64,000 nucleotides of DNA, from contig JASCQW010000132.1 in the NCBI GenBank assembly GCA_030264375.1, forward strand, positions 16,150,335-16,214,334, in the 5' to 3' direction. Both the position numbers and the translations under genes were made by a program. The notes beneath the pieces are model-generated. The model did no database searches, was not told where the DNA came from, and worked only from the letters and a program-made list of their open reading frames with translations. Every line of letters begins with the position of its first letter. Positions within the stretch are counted from its first letter, which is position 1. Shown here in pieces: positions 13,166 through 26,003 of this stretch. Origin of the DNA: Carcharhinus longimanus. Taxonomy: Eukaryota.

Positions 13166-13294
13166 GGATGGGGAGATTAATAAGGGGATCAAGGGTTATG
13201 AGGAAAAGGCAGGAGAATGAGAAAAATATCAGCCATTATTGAATGGTGGAGCAGACTCGATGGGCCGAGTGGCCTAATTCTGCTCCTATGTCTT
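13166..13294 (+). mobile_element. CR1-like LINE 3' end
   Basis: GGAGCAGACTCGATGGGCCGAGTGGCCTAATTCTGCTCCTATGTCTT tail, homologous to 60085-60186. Confidence 0.8.
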
Positions 13295-15687
13295 AGGGGG
13301 GGGGCAGAGAGAGACAAATAAATAAAGTTTACTTTCAATGTATTCATAAAGCGAGAGTTTGTCGGCTAGAGTGAGAGAGAACCAGACGGAGCTCGGCTCA
13401 ATGAAGGAGAACAGCGTTGAGAGTCCACCGTGTCGGCAAACAAGCAAACTGCATTCCTGTAGCGCCCCGTGGCGTCCCAAAGGGCTCTCCCGCCGCTGCG
13501 CAGCGATGCTGAAAATGGCTCTCCCGGCTCCAGCCGCCCCGATCTCACTCACTTCATTACCGCTGCAAGATTACACCTAAATCTGAAGGCGAGGCATTTT
13601 AAGTGCACCCAATTAAGACACAAGCCGAGTGCGACTGGAACTTGTTTCAGCTGGTGAAGTGCTGCGAGGAGAATGCCTGGTGGCGAAACACCTTGCAACA
13701 ACTTTTTTAAAAGGGGCTTAATGAGCGGGTATTAGCGCGCTAGAGCAACCCTAAACTGCTTTGGCAGACTCCCTCTAATCGGCTTCAATGCAAAAGGGAG
13801 AATGCCAGAACTTGCCCAAATTTGGGGATGTGGTGGGAGAGGGGGCAACCATTAACCGCCTCCAGATTTCCGCCCCAAGCCTGGCGAGTCCACAGCCCCA
13901 GCTGGCTCTTGGAAGTTAAAAAGGCGGAAATGTGTTACGAGGGTCGGGGTAGATGGTGCGGAATATTTTGGCAGGAATAAATGGAGGGGTCCAGCCACAA
14001 ATGTGGATTTATTATCCGCCCCCACAGAGTTAGGAAGAGTGTGTGTGGGGGGGGTTGGGGGGGGGGTAACTTCACCCCCTGTTTTACTGGCATGTCTTTG
14101 AGCTTGTGATTTGGGGGGGAGGGGATGGGTGAGGATAGGGGAGAGTGCTGAATCAATGTTACTGACCATTGCCACATTCATGTACAATTGCTGCCAGTCC
14201 AGTTATAGACCCTTCATATTGCATCCCCCAGGCTGGAGAGGGACTCGGGCTCAATCTACTACCGATTCGCCCCCCTCTTATCCTCCCTCTCACCTAATTC
14301 CCCAACCCCCCCCCCCCCCAGTCCNNNNNNNNNNNNNNNNNNNNNNNNNNNNNNNNNNNNNNNNNNNNNNNNNNNNNNNNNNNNNNNNNNNNNNNNNNNN
14401 NNNNNNNNNNNNNNNNNNNNNNNNNNNNNNNNNNNNNNNNNNNNNNNNNNNNNNNNNNNNNNNNNNNNNNNNNNNNNNNNNNNNNNNNNNNNNNNNNNNN
14501 NNNNNNNNNNNNNNNNNNNNNNNNNNNNNNNNNNNNNNNNNNNNNNNNNNNNNNNNNNNNNNNNNNNNNNNNNNNNNNNNNNNNNNNNNNNNNNNNNNNN
14601 NNNNNNNNNNNNNNNNNNNNNNNNNNNNNNNNNNNNNNNNNNNNNNNNNNNNNNNNNNNNNNNNNNNNNNNNNNNNNNNNNNNNNNNNNNNNNNNNNNNN
14701 NNNNNNNNNNNNNNNNNNNNNNNNNNNNNNNNNNNNNNNNNNNNNNNNNNNNNNNNNNNNNNNNNNNNNNNNNNNNNNNNNNNNNNNNNNNNNNNNNNNN
14801 NNNNNNNNNNNNNNNNNNNNNNNNNNNNNNNNNNNNNNNNNNNNNNNNNNNNNNNNNNNNNNNNNNNNNNNNNNNNNNNNNNNNNNNNNNNNNNNNCCCA
14901 CCCCCCTGTTACTGGCAAACGTCTTACCTTAAAAACCTGGGACTGTCCCTGACTTTTCTAAAGCTTTGAAACGAGCCCTGGAAAGGGGAAGGAGGGAGAG
15001 AAAGGTCAGTGCAATTTCAGACTGAAATTCCAATGAGTGCAGTGATCAAGGGAGGTTGCAATGAAATTAAGAAGGCTTTGGATTGGAGTGGGAAATAGCT
15101 GTTTTCTCTCTCTCTCTCTCTGTGCCACCCCCCCACCCCTACCACCTCTTTGTGTTTTACCCAATCAAAAATTATTTGTGTTATAACAGAGCGATGGATT
15201 GTGGGTAGGTGGGCAGAGGAGAGAGAAAGAGGGGGAAAGAAAAGAGAGATTTCTATTATAGAGTGTCAATTAGGGGAAATTGGCATTGCAAAATGTGTCT
15301 ATTTTTTGGGGGGGTGCGGGCTGGGACGGGGAGGGGGGCTCGTTGCTGTTGTGGTTCTGTTGAGCCAAGGGCGGGAAAGAGAGTGTGAGGGGGCTGCTGG
15401 AGTGTGAGGGATGGAGTGGCTTCCTCCTTTCCTCCCCCCTCTGCGCTGGGGATGTGTGGTTGTGCCTTGGAGAGACTCTGCAAGCTTTGAGACAGAGGAG
15501 GAAAAAGGTGGTGCGGGGAGGGAGGGAGGGGAGGGAGGGGGTGGGCGGCCGTGTGTCATCCACTGAAGAGAGAGAGAGAAAGACANNNNNNNNNNNNNNN
15601 NNNNNNNNNNNNNNNNNNNNNNNNNNNNNNNNNNNNNNNNNNNNNNNNNNNNNNNNNNNNNNNNNNNNNNNNNNNNNNNNNNNNNNN

Positions 15688-15790
15688 GGGCCCTATTAAA
15701 AAAAAGAACAAAAAATCCGGCAGAGTGAAAGTATTTCTGATCCGTTGGCGGTCACTCTTTAATATTTATTTGCCAGCGACCAGAGAGAGA
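15688..15790 (+). promoter_or_regulatory. Candidate en2 core promoter region
   Basis: TATTAAA at 15694-15700 and AT-rich TTTAATATTTATTT near 15760, followed by a purine-rich leader. Abuts an N gap and the TSS is not determined. Confidence 0.35.
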
Positions 15791-16274
15791 TAGAGAGGGA
15801 GGGAGTGTGTGTCTAAGAGAGGTAGAGGTTGGCTTTCTCTTTGCTGCAATAGTGGAAGGAGCTACCCAGCAGGTTGAGAGGAGGAAGAGGAGGGGGATAA
15901 CAGCCTGGGAAAAAGTGAAGGCTGAATAGATGTGTACCATGGATACTGGGGGAAGAGAGAGTATGCATATCCGTCTATAGAGAGACGGGGGAGGGAGGGA
16001 GGGAGGGTGGGTGGGTGGGGGGAGAAAGATCTTCTCAAAAGCTTAAGAGATCGATGCTGCAACCAACTTGAAGGAAGAAGGTTTTAGGGTTTTTTTTTTG
16101 TTTTAACAAAGCAAGATTGTGTGTGCTGTTTTTTTCCCCTCTCTCACACACACACACCAAGTTGGATATCGTGCGGGGAGCCAGTGAAGGCAAAAAGGAG
16201 AAGTGAGATTGGAAAGGGGAGGGGGGGGGGTGGTGAAAGAAGAGGAGGAGAGAGTTCTGAAGATTTGACACATT

Positions 16275-16815
16275 ATGGAAGAAAATGACCAGAATACTGC
16301 CCGCGTGGACAACCAGGAGTCGAGTAACGAGTCGAACCGGGTTATCATGCCCCTGCTCCAGGCGCCCGGCAACCAGCTCCCCCACCGCATCACCAACTTT
16401 TTCATCGACAACATCCTCCGGCCGGACTTTGGCAAGAGGAAAGAAGGTCACCGGGACTCCAGCCACGTCCCCGGGAGGGAGAATGTCAGCCCCTCGGCTC
16501 TGGTGGCAGCTCAGAGTGGAGGCAGTCCGCCCGGAGCAGGCGGCGGTGGCGGGGGAGGCGGTGGGGGGGGTGGTGGCGGTGGGGGCGGTGGTGGTGGTGG
16601 GGGGGGTGGTGGAGGAGGAGGAGGGGCTCCTGCCAGCCCCTCTGCCCCGGCCAAGAAACGTGATGTGGCGGCAGAAGGAGCGCGGAGGAAAGGCGAGAGC
16701 GCCGAACAGTCCTCCGACTCGGACAGCTCCCAGAGCAGCAGCACGGCAACTTCGCAGCCCATGCTGTGGCCTGCCTGGGTTTACTGCACTAGATACTCGG
16801 ACCGACCTTCTTCAG
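16275..16815 (+). CDS. en2: Engrailed-2 homeobox protein, coding exon 1
   Basis: ATG at 16275 in strong Kozak context (ATTATGG). Encodes EH1 HRITNFFIDNILRPDFG and EH2 MLWPAWVYCTRYSDRPSS. Ends at a phase-1 donor CAG|GTGAGA (GT 16816-17), the canonical engrailed intron position. MEEND start, HRITNFFIDNILR and synteny with cnpy1 favour en2 over en1. Confidence 0.97.
16539..16625 (+). repeat. (GGN)29 coding repeat, poly-glycine tract in En2
   Basis: 29 consecutive Gly codons of mixed GGC/GGT/GGG/GGA. Confidence 0.93.
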
Positions 16816-17185
16816 GTGAGAAAACACCACACACACACACACAGACACACACAACCCCGACTCTTCATCTGTGCTTAATTTTAAAAAGAGAAATACAGGG
16901 CTAGTTTTACACTTCCAGGACAGGTATTACAACAAATTAAAAAAGGACACAATTCTCACTTCATTTTCTTTTGCAAGCCAAATGCAACTTGAACTGAGCG
17001 AGTAGTGTCTCCCTGGCTGTTCTCAATCTCTCCCACGTGACAATAATATTTTACAGGGACGCTTCTTAGCCTTTCCAGCAAAGCAATGGCAGCAAAAAAA
17101 AAGTTGCTGAAAATTGATCCTAACACCGCGATGGGACATGCAACGAGCGGTTGTCTAAATGCTTGGGAAATAACAAAAGATAGGC

Positions 17186-17187
<2 letters not shown>

Positions 17188-17224
<37 letters not shown>
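17188..17224. repeat. (CT)n(CA)n microsatellite
   Basis: Seen directly. Other CA/GT runs lie near 3023, 6570, 16826 and 20767. Confidence 0.9.
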
Positions 17225-19732
17225 GTGGGGTCTCATCCACCCTCACTTCACTGTTAATAAAATCATATTGCTGAATGAGCATATAAACCCGAGATTATGT
17301 TTATTTTTTTTGGAGTGGGGGGAGAGAGAGAGGATAATGAATGTCACTCTCTACTTGACACACTTAGAGTCATGTCCAACTCTGAGATGGCTTTGCTGCT
17401 GTGTGTGTGTGTATATATTTTTTGTCCTCTCCAGTAAACCCAAAGGTTACATTTTCAAGTTTGGAAGGGGGCAGTTTTGCAGACAGGATCACCCGGTGAA
17501 GTGGCCGCTTCAAAATCTTTCCCAGAGCGGCTTTCGCTGTTGATATATATATTTTTTTCAATAGAGCGCCGACTGGGTAAATTATCACAGGACCTATTGT
17601 TTGAGAGCGAGAAAAAAAGCTCCATCCATTGTTAGATTAAAATGGACGATAACTAGGAGTTCCATTGCTGAAATAAGGTGCAAGGTTTTTTTTCCCCCTC
17701 TCTAAGCAGAAATCTGTCTGGTAATTATTACAATATAAGAACACTCACGATGCGCTCCATCGCTCTTGTATGTCTGATGGAGCTCTTTGTTGACTGGTAT
17801 TTAGCATATTTTTGTCAGGGAAGTGGGCCTCGCTAAACTAGCTCGGCTTCAGACTTGCAGCTTTCAAGGGCTGGGGAATAGATGTGGACGGAATTGGTAA
17901 AGAGTAAAAATATATATTTTTAAAAAATCCCTCGCAGTGAATGAACCCTCAGCGTACTGCACTGAAATCTGATTCTGACATTTCTCGAGGTGCAGAAAAT
18001 GCAACTTTAGACCCCCCTCGGTATAAAAGACAGGAGTCAAATAATTTCGCCGGAAATAATATGCAAATTCTGACCAAATAATAAATACCTCTGTTCTTTT
18101 AATTTGAGGGAATGATTATGTACAGGAGAGGAGGGAATGTTTAATTCACCGTAGCCTTTCGCTTTATTTCAAAATACATCCTAAGCGAGGCGAAATTTTG
18201 GAATACAGACCATTGTAGAATTGATCTCTGCTTGTAAACACAACTAGGCTTGTTACGCTGTCCGCTTTCGACATAATTATCCACATTTATTCGAACCTCG
18301 TAGTCCCGTGTGGTTGTGTCTGGTCGTGTGTTGGGTTCACACTTTTTGCCGAGCCGGGAAATGCATTAAAAATGTAACCGGCCCCAGCACCACAGTCGAT
18401 TTGAAACCATCAGACAAAAAAAAACCCAGGCGACATTCCTCCTCCCTGCCCCCCAACCACCGAACCGTCACACTTCCTCCCAGTTCCAGTCAATAGATTT
18501 ACTGCTACTGCCAACGATAACAATTTACTGAGAAATAGGTGCCCGCCGATTTTCCCCCCTTTCCTCTCACAAGCCATATTTTTTTAAAATGTACCCTTCC
18601 ACATCTATCCCCCAGTGAAGCGAGAGAAACTTGCCTATTCCTGCCACTTCCAAATGTAGCTTGTGAACCAAACATTTGCTCCGATGTTGCTCCCTCCAAC
18701 CTTTGATGATACTTTTTGACCCCAGGTTCAGGTAGAAATGAATGGTTTACTGGCTGACCTTTTATTCAAATAGATTTACTAATGGGATGTTCTTTTCTTT
18801 CTGAAGCGCCAATGGGGCTTCCCATTAATTCACCATTTTTTTAAAAAAATAGTCTTCCTACCTCCAATTTAATGCCATTAAGAAATACAATTGGTAAATA
18901 ATCATGGATCCGCATTTTATTAGACAGCTCACAGGATTGTCCAGATTAATAATAAATACGCCTGGATGACTTTTTTTTCCCCCCTCCTTCTTTCTATCTG
19001 GAACGGTCAGCACACAATGTTCCATCTTCCCAATCCAAACAGCGAGGACGAGGCCACAGCCTTTGGGTTCACCTCTGGCCAATTTCTCAAAAAAAACTTC
19101 ACCAGTTTGTGGAACAAGGGCGCTTCGTCGAGTTCAATCCGGGATTCGAGACGCTACTTGTCCTGAGCAGCCCTGACGCTCGCAAATCGCTCCCATTAGC
19201 TCGGTCAAGTCGAGAACTCGAGCAAAGCGTCGTCCCCCTCTTCCCCCCCTTAATTTGTAGGGCTGCTGGGTTTCGGGGAGAAGGGGCGTCAGGAGAACCT
19301 GGTCCAATTTGGTGGGGCTAATTTGCAAGAAGATCCACCGCACAGTTTGCGTTTGGACCAAGTTGCAGCTCACGCTGTAGTGTTGCAGTGATTTGTATCG
19401 TGTTGTACGCAGCATGCAAAAATGTCAGTTCCTGCAGCCACTACATCAAAAACCTCAGTCTGTACCACTGAATAATTTAATTTCTGAAATTTACAATTGG
19501 GTGCTGATTGTCACAGTTATTTTACAGGCTAAAAATCAGGAGGTAAAACAGACAGAAATCGTGAATGGGCAATCACGACTTCAACCGAGACTGTTACCTT
19601 TTAAAGTTCTGATATATTTGGGAGCGGAAAACGAAAAAGAGCCCAGTTTCTATCACACAAGAGTTTATTTTAAAAAAGACAAACTGTTATTTTTATTTTC
19701 TGTTTCAAACCAAATTGCATTTTTTTAAAAAA

Positions 19733-20062
19733 AGATTTGATTTATTATTGTCACATGTATTGGGTTGCAGTGAAAAGTATTGTTTCTTGCACGCTATGCA
19801 GACAAAACACGGTTCATAGAGTACATATGGGAGAAGGAAAGGAGAGGGTGCAGAATATAGTGCTACAGTCATTTTTTACAAGTTTATTTATTATTGTCAC
19901 AAGTAGGCTTACATTAACACTGCAGTGAAGTTACCGTGAAAATCTCCAGGTCGCCATACTCCAGCGCCTGTTCGCTTAGGGTGTAGAGAAAGATTAACTC
20001 AATATATGGTAGGTTCATTCAAATATGTGAAGGCAGCAGAGAAAAAGTTGTTCTTGAGTCCG
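19733..20062 (-). mobile_element. Rex1/L2-like LINE 3' fragment interrupted by a SINE tail-A fragment (about 19880-19973)
   Basis: Flanks are collinear with 47233-47445. The insert matches the tail of 1075-1370. Confidence 0.8.
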
Positions 20063-20104
20063 TTTTTTTTATTTGTTTTTTTTGTTCTTGTTTTGAAATT
20101 TTAG

Positions 20105-20421
20105 GTCCCAGGTCCCGCAAGCCAAAGAAAAAGAGCCTCAACAAAGAGGACAAGCGACCGAGGACAGCATTCACTGCAGAGCAGCTACAGAGACTAAAAG
20201 CCGAGTTTCAGACTAACCGCTATCTCACCGAGCAGCGCCGGCAGAGCTTGGCTCACGAACTGAGTCTCAACGAATCCCAAATTAAAATCTGGTTTCAGAA
20301 CAAGCGAGCCAAAATCAAGAAAGCTAGCGGATCAAAGAACACACTGGCACTCCATTTAATGGCGCAAGGACTTTACAATCATTCCAGCACCGAGAAGGAA
20401 CACAAGGAAGAGAGTGAATAG
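20105..20421 (+). CDS. en2: Engrailed-2 coding exon 2 (EH3, homeodomain, EH5)
   Basis: T-rich tract then TTTTAG| acceptor (AG 20103-04). Manual translation: (G)[104 protein letters not shown], stop TAG 20419-21. Joins exon 1 in frame: 541+317=858 nt, 285 aa. Confidence 0.98.
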
Positions 20422-22752
20422 CAAAGGTTTTAACAACTGAAGTGCGAGATACAATGCAATAATATAAATTTTAAAAAAAGGGCCAGTGTATTGAGAGAAA
20501 AGATACCAGCATAGTTTTTAAACAAAAATGAAATTGTATGAGATATTATTCCGCAATATTCTGTGTATATAATTCAGGTAAGGCAATGTAAAAAAAACTT
20601 GAGATATTTCAATATATGATGAGATTTTTTTGTTTGTTTCTGGGGTTTCAGAAACTATCTTTTTTTTGCCGTGGATGTTATTTGTTGGGCGCATTTTCTA
20701 CCAAAGCGCCGACTGGATGCTGCAGACACTCTCGGTGAACTGTCTGATGTGATTTTTTTTAAAAATACACTACACACAAACACACACACACACCACACAC
20801 ACATACACACACAACCTGCTGAAGTCCAAAGAATTTTCCTGCTGTTGTTTTACAGAGAAAAAAAATGTTAAATTAAATAAATATCAAAATGTTTGACGCT
20901 ACCACGAGGTTTACAGCTTTTTGGGGTCGATTTTGTTGAAGGGGATTGAAAACAAGGCAATGTGTGGGGAATGTCTCCATTGTAGCAGCTCGCCTTTTAG
21001 ACCACTTACATTCCCGAGGAAGGAACGGTTTTTCCACATTGGAGGGATTTGATTGTTCGGCTAATTTTGCAGTGAGGGGAGCTTGATTTTATTGCCCCCA
21101 TCCCGCGAATCGTGCGAGTAGTTTAGGCATTGCATGTGGACAGCTCAACTTTCACTGTGTGTCTACCTTAGTTCCCAGTCGAAATGGCTCAAACATTTGG
21201 GATATATCCACGAGTTGGAAGCTTGCAAGCGTCCGACGAAACTCTGGCAGAAATGTTTAAACACGGGAGGTTACAAAACAAAAAGTATAACCTTTAATTT
21301 TCAAAAAATAAGTTTAAAAAGAAAGGAGGGGAAGGTTAGAAAGCGAACGATCCGCAACGACGCGTTTCCGCCTCTGGAGCGCCTTCATGTGGTAGATAGC
21401 GAGGTGGAGAAGTCTCAAAATGTCAAGTTCAACTCACAAAACTTGATTCGAGATGTAAATGACCGGAAGTCCGGATAAAGGTTGTTTTTTTTAAAATAAA
21501 AACTTGAAAAGAGACACATACTTAAAATGGGGAAAGAGAAACATTTGATGTGCTCCAAATGACTTTCTGGCTCTCTTGCGATAGCATTGTTGTTGAGTGT
21601 AGGGTGGGAACTTTCTTTTTTAAGACAAGATACCATTCAGCAGAAAGCCACAAATCACCCTCTGCTCACCACATACCGGTGACTAGCCCGAGCAATGGGA
21701 CGATCTGGAAATGGTTGCTGGTGTATTTGCTCTCTGCCGTGAGAGTACACTGAAAGAGGATCCTAGAGACTAGGACCTAATCTGGACTCTTCTCCGCCCT
21801 CAACTTGGAAGCGAGCAAAGCTTCACGTATAAACAACCCCTGCGGTTTTGTCCACGGTTCTGTATTTTTTTAAGGCGAAACGTGATTTTTTCCCCCTCCC
21901 GCTGTAACTAAGACCCGCACAGAAGCGTTCCCGCTTTGCAAAAGTAAAATTACCTTATTCGTTGATGCCTTTCAGATGCACTGAATTTTGAAGGATATGT
22001 GCCAAACACTTAACGCGGGCTTAGTTTCTGGTCGTTTAACCTCAACTCTTAAGTTGCGAAGAAGAGGTGCTGCCAGCAGCATGTTTAGGTCTCAGAATGA
22101 TCCTAACGTGGTTGAATGTGCAGTTAAGGGAGACTTGATAATCAAAAGATGTAGAGCTCCCAAACGGTGTGGTGCCGAATCTTGTAAAACAAAAGACATT
22201 ATCAGAAAACTTAGCAAGTTGAGTGTAACTTGACTTTGCCCGCAAGGAGTACAAAACTGATAACATTAATTATGTTTTTGTTTTAAAAATGTTTTACGTG
22301 AACTTCAGCTTTACACCTCTTCATTTTGGTTGACTGGCCTCGGCTGAGTGGTATACATAATACACACAGGACACTGGACAATGCTGTCTCCTTTAAGTAA
22401 CTTAGCTGTTTGATTTCCGTGGAGCCGGTGTTAGTACAATGACACCGGGGAAAAGTTGTACAAAAGAGAAAAGAAAAAAATAGCAGCAAGTGCCTAGAAT
22501 AGGAAGTATTCATAGGGAAGTAGGAACTGCGAGATATATTAGGTAGAGACGCAAACCGTGTACGAATGCTTTGCCAACTAGATATCAAAGAAAACCAATC
22601 AATCTGTATACATTCTTTCTAAATTATAATATTGTATGTGTGGTTTTATTTGTATGATTCCAGACTTGAAGCAATGGAAATTTTATATATATAATCTATA
22701 TATCATTCATTCAAATTTGTCCTGTACAAGTGTTTTGTTCCGAGTGTGGATA

Positions 22753-22758
22753 AATAAA
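22753..22758 (+). terminator. Candidate en2 polyadenylation signal
   Basis: AATAAA preceded by TGTA and U-rich elements, about 2.3 kb after the stop. Other AATAAA hexamers exist earlier (near 20877 and 21496). Confidence 0.5.
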
Positions 22759-25700
22759 CAACTGTACACTCCTAGGCATAGCATTCAGTAATATTTCATT
22801 TAAAATCGAATGCGGATACAATGGAAGCCAGTGCAGCACAGGCAAAAAGAAAAAAAATCGAACACCGATTTCATTAGAAATTGAATCATTTTAAAGCCAA
22901 GATCATTGCCATAAAGGTTTTACATTTTCTATCCAATTTATCCAATCTCATTGAAATTAGGCTTCGTCTGTGCCGATTTCTTACACTTTATATATAGCAT
23001 GTTATGCAGCGACGTGCAATAACAATTTGACATGAAATATGCATAATTTGTCCCCCTCTGTTCTAATACAGTCTGGAACACGATGATTGAATCTAATTCG
23101 GCGAGAATATATTATGTCAGTATGGCGATAAACACTAAAAGGAATACGGTTTTTTTAAATAAAAGTATTTATTTTTATTTTTAAATGAGAAAACGCAGTT
23201 TATAATCAATGGATATTTTAATACAACAATATCGCTCTCTTTAATTTTACCAAAGGAAATAGCTTTGTTGTAATTACAGTTTGGTGACTCATAAATTCAA
23301 TGTAACGTATATAGAGGTTCATAAGCATCGTATATAAAAATATAAATCAAACCCTCCCAAAATAAGCGACAGCAGGGAGAGTGATGAAGTCACAAGTTTA
23401 ACACACCGACTTTAGCGTCATACAGTGTATGAGGCAAAATGCATGTTGTGTATGTGTGGACACATATGAAACGTTACTCGGTCTATTTATAAGTCCAATA
23501 ATGTCCACAAAGGATTCAGACTAGCATTTTATAATATTTCAGCAGTCCGACGAAGTTTCGGAAAACAAAATTTAAAAATTCCTGAAACGACAGGCGCACA
23601 TCTTGGTAAAACTGAAGAAAAGCCTGCATGCAGTATACCAAACAGGCCCTGCGTCTAACAATAGAACCGAGCACTGTGTTGACATGCTATATCCATGTTT
23701 CCCAAGACAGTGCATGGTTGCATTAGGAAAATAAAGCCACGGTGTTGGAAACGAAGGGAAAACAAAACAAAATATTTTTAAATGAATAAAAGGGACTTTA
23801 AAATGTGTATAAATACGATGGGAAACAAAGGCCAGAGCTCAAATCGCTTTGGCTGAGATTCGTATTACATGCAACACTAAACAAAATTAGGGATTTTTTT
23901 TATATCAGTGACTGATAATTCAACTGATCCTCCCTCCCCAAAAAAAGGAACAAAGCTTGTTGGCAAGCAATACTAACAGACCCTGTAATACTAACAAATA
24001 TCTGCACTTTAAGAGGACAAGGGGAAACGATTCCAGTATAATTTCCTTTGCATATTCTTAAGCAGATGCCAACTTTTGGCGAGTGGAAATTAACTGAGCA
24101 TTTGTGGGGGTGCTAAATGTGGATGTTTCTGATGTTTTCTGCCGCCGGTTTCTAACTGTCTTGGCGAGGAGAAGTCACTTCGAGACTTGTGGTCACAGCC
24201 TCGGCTGCGGGGAGAATGGACACAGAGGCAGCTTTAACACATGGAGTTGGGCGAAAAACTCCCAAAGCAGAAATCTGAAAGACGAGCAAACGACATTCTG
24301 GGAGAAGAAATCGCCCTCGAAACTCCCCTTATTTTCACGTGTGACCCAAATTGTGCCGACTGATGCCAGTCAAGGGCTGAGGTTTGCATTGAGTGCAAAG
24401 GAGTCAAATAAAAATGAATGTAAATATTGGAATCGAATGTTTACGATCATTTAATTGTTTAATGTGTGGTTCGGACAGAATCCGTATCCGATCAGCAGCG
24501 CTCCTGTAGATATGTTTCTGATTCTGTGGAGTGTTACCTATTTAAATACAGCCCAGTGAGATATCGATGGACGATGTTCGTGAAGGTAAAGATTCTCGAG
24601 TTTTTCTTGTTTTGGGTTCACCAAAGTCGCTCATTTTCAGTAGAGTAAACCAAAGTGAAACTGTTTGTGGATGAAACATCACAAATAGCATTTCAAATAA
24701 CCAGGGCTGAACAACTGTAATCGACTCGTTGTTGACTGTTTGCGAAGCGCACCCCTGCAATACAAACCGCGGATTGTTTATAGAGTTACCTGAAGTACCG
24801 CGGTACAAACAAGCCATTAGTCAACCAAAACAGACTAAATATGATGGGCGGCCAGCATTCTGCGACAAGTGAAACATTAGGGAGCGCGTGGGTTTAACAG
24901 TATCCTTTTTTTCCTTAAAAAAAGCCCCCTCTATTAAATGTCTGGGCTACTTCCTACAGTTAGAACGCGGGCATGAGTAGCTGTGCACAGACAGCATGAA
25001 GAAGTTTTGCAGGAGCAACAGCTGCTAATGTTGTAATGCTCTGCTTAGCAGATCACTAAATCTCTCGCCCTTGATAAAGCTATAACATCAAATGCAAGAG
25101 AAAGGACAGTTTCGGTTTACCAGAGAACTTGAAGCCGGTGCCTTGTAGAAAAATATCATTTTCCTTCCAAGTATTCCAACCCATTCTGATGATTTCAGAT
25201 AACAGTCCAATTATTCAATGGGTTTAGCCACCTTAATGTTCGAATGAAAGGGTTTATTTCCCCTGAAAATATTGGCTGCTTTCAAATGCCAAAAGATTGA
25301 ACAATTATTAATTGTGGCTGATGGACACAAGCTCCCCCCCCCTCCCAAAAAAAACACTTAATTGGACTTTTTCCTCACTCCCAATATACAAGTCACAGAA
25401 GGGGCAAAGAGGTGAAGGGACCCCGGTCATACGTTTTTAAAGGTGTGAATTAACCTAGCCGCTCAAATGCCCAAGAATGTACAAATGCTCTTTTCTGTAC
25501 TCTTGGGTACGGCTGAGCTTTGGAAAACATTCCAGGAATGATAATTAAAGACAGTTTCCCATCCGCGGAATGTCATTGTTAGCAAAATAAACGTCGCTTC
25601 ACACTCCCGCTCACGTTCAAATTTCCCTTCGCTGATAAATTCTGAATCCCTCAACAAGATGCACATTTCACAGCACACGTTGTAAAGTTTGGAACCTTCG

Positions 25701-26003
25701 TAGCGAAAACTATCGCAACTTGTAATTAAAGGGACAGACCCAGGATTCCTTTCCAACAGCCTGCGCGCCGGTAATATTTAGGTTCTGAAAATGCGTGTGT
25801 ATGAAATGCATACAGGTAAGGTGTGAACTGGAGCTGGCGGCTGCCACTCGTATGAATATTCTGGCGACCGAAAGATATCAGTGTCCGTTATGCCGGATGG
25901 ATCGTCACTTGATTAATATTCCTTCTGTAAACCGCCCATCTTTAAATTGGGGTGGAGGAGGTGGAGAATTATATTGAAAACTTTTGCAACACTTTTCAAG
26001 TGT

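Larger units (their letters stand above)
16816..20104 (+). other. en2: en2 intron (3289 nt, GT-AG)
   Basis: Canonical donor and acceptor restoring the conserved RPSS-G-PRSRK junction. Confidence 0.95.

Noticed and set aside
16285-16878. 197-aa +1-frame ORF and antisense poly-Pro/His ORFs over en2 exon 1
   Set aside because: Expected by-products of GC-rich GGN repeats. The upstream en2 ATG has a strong Kozak context, and no domain is recognisable.
16275-16904. 209-aa single-exon ORF as the full protein
   Set aside because: It reads through the en2 donor into a CA microsatellite. The real product splices to 20105.
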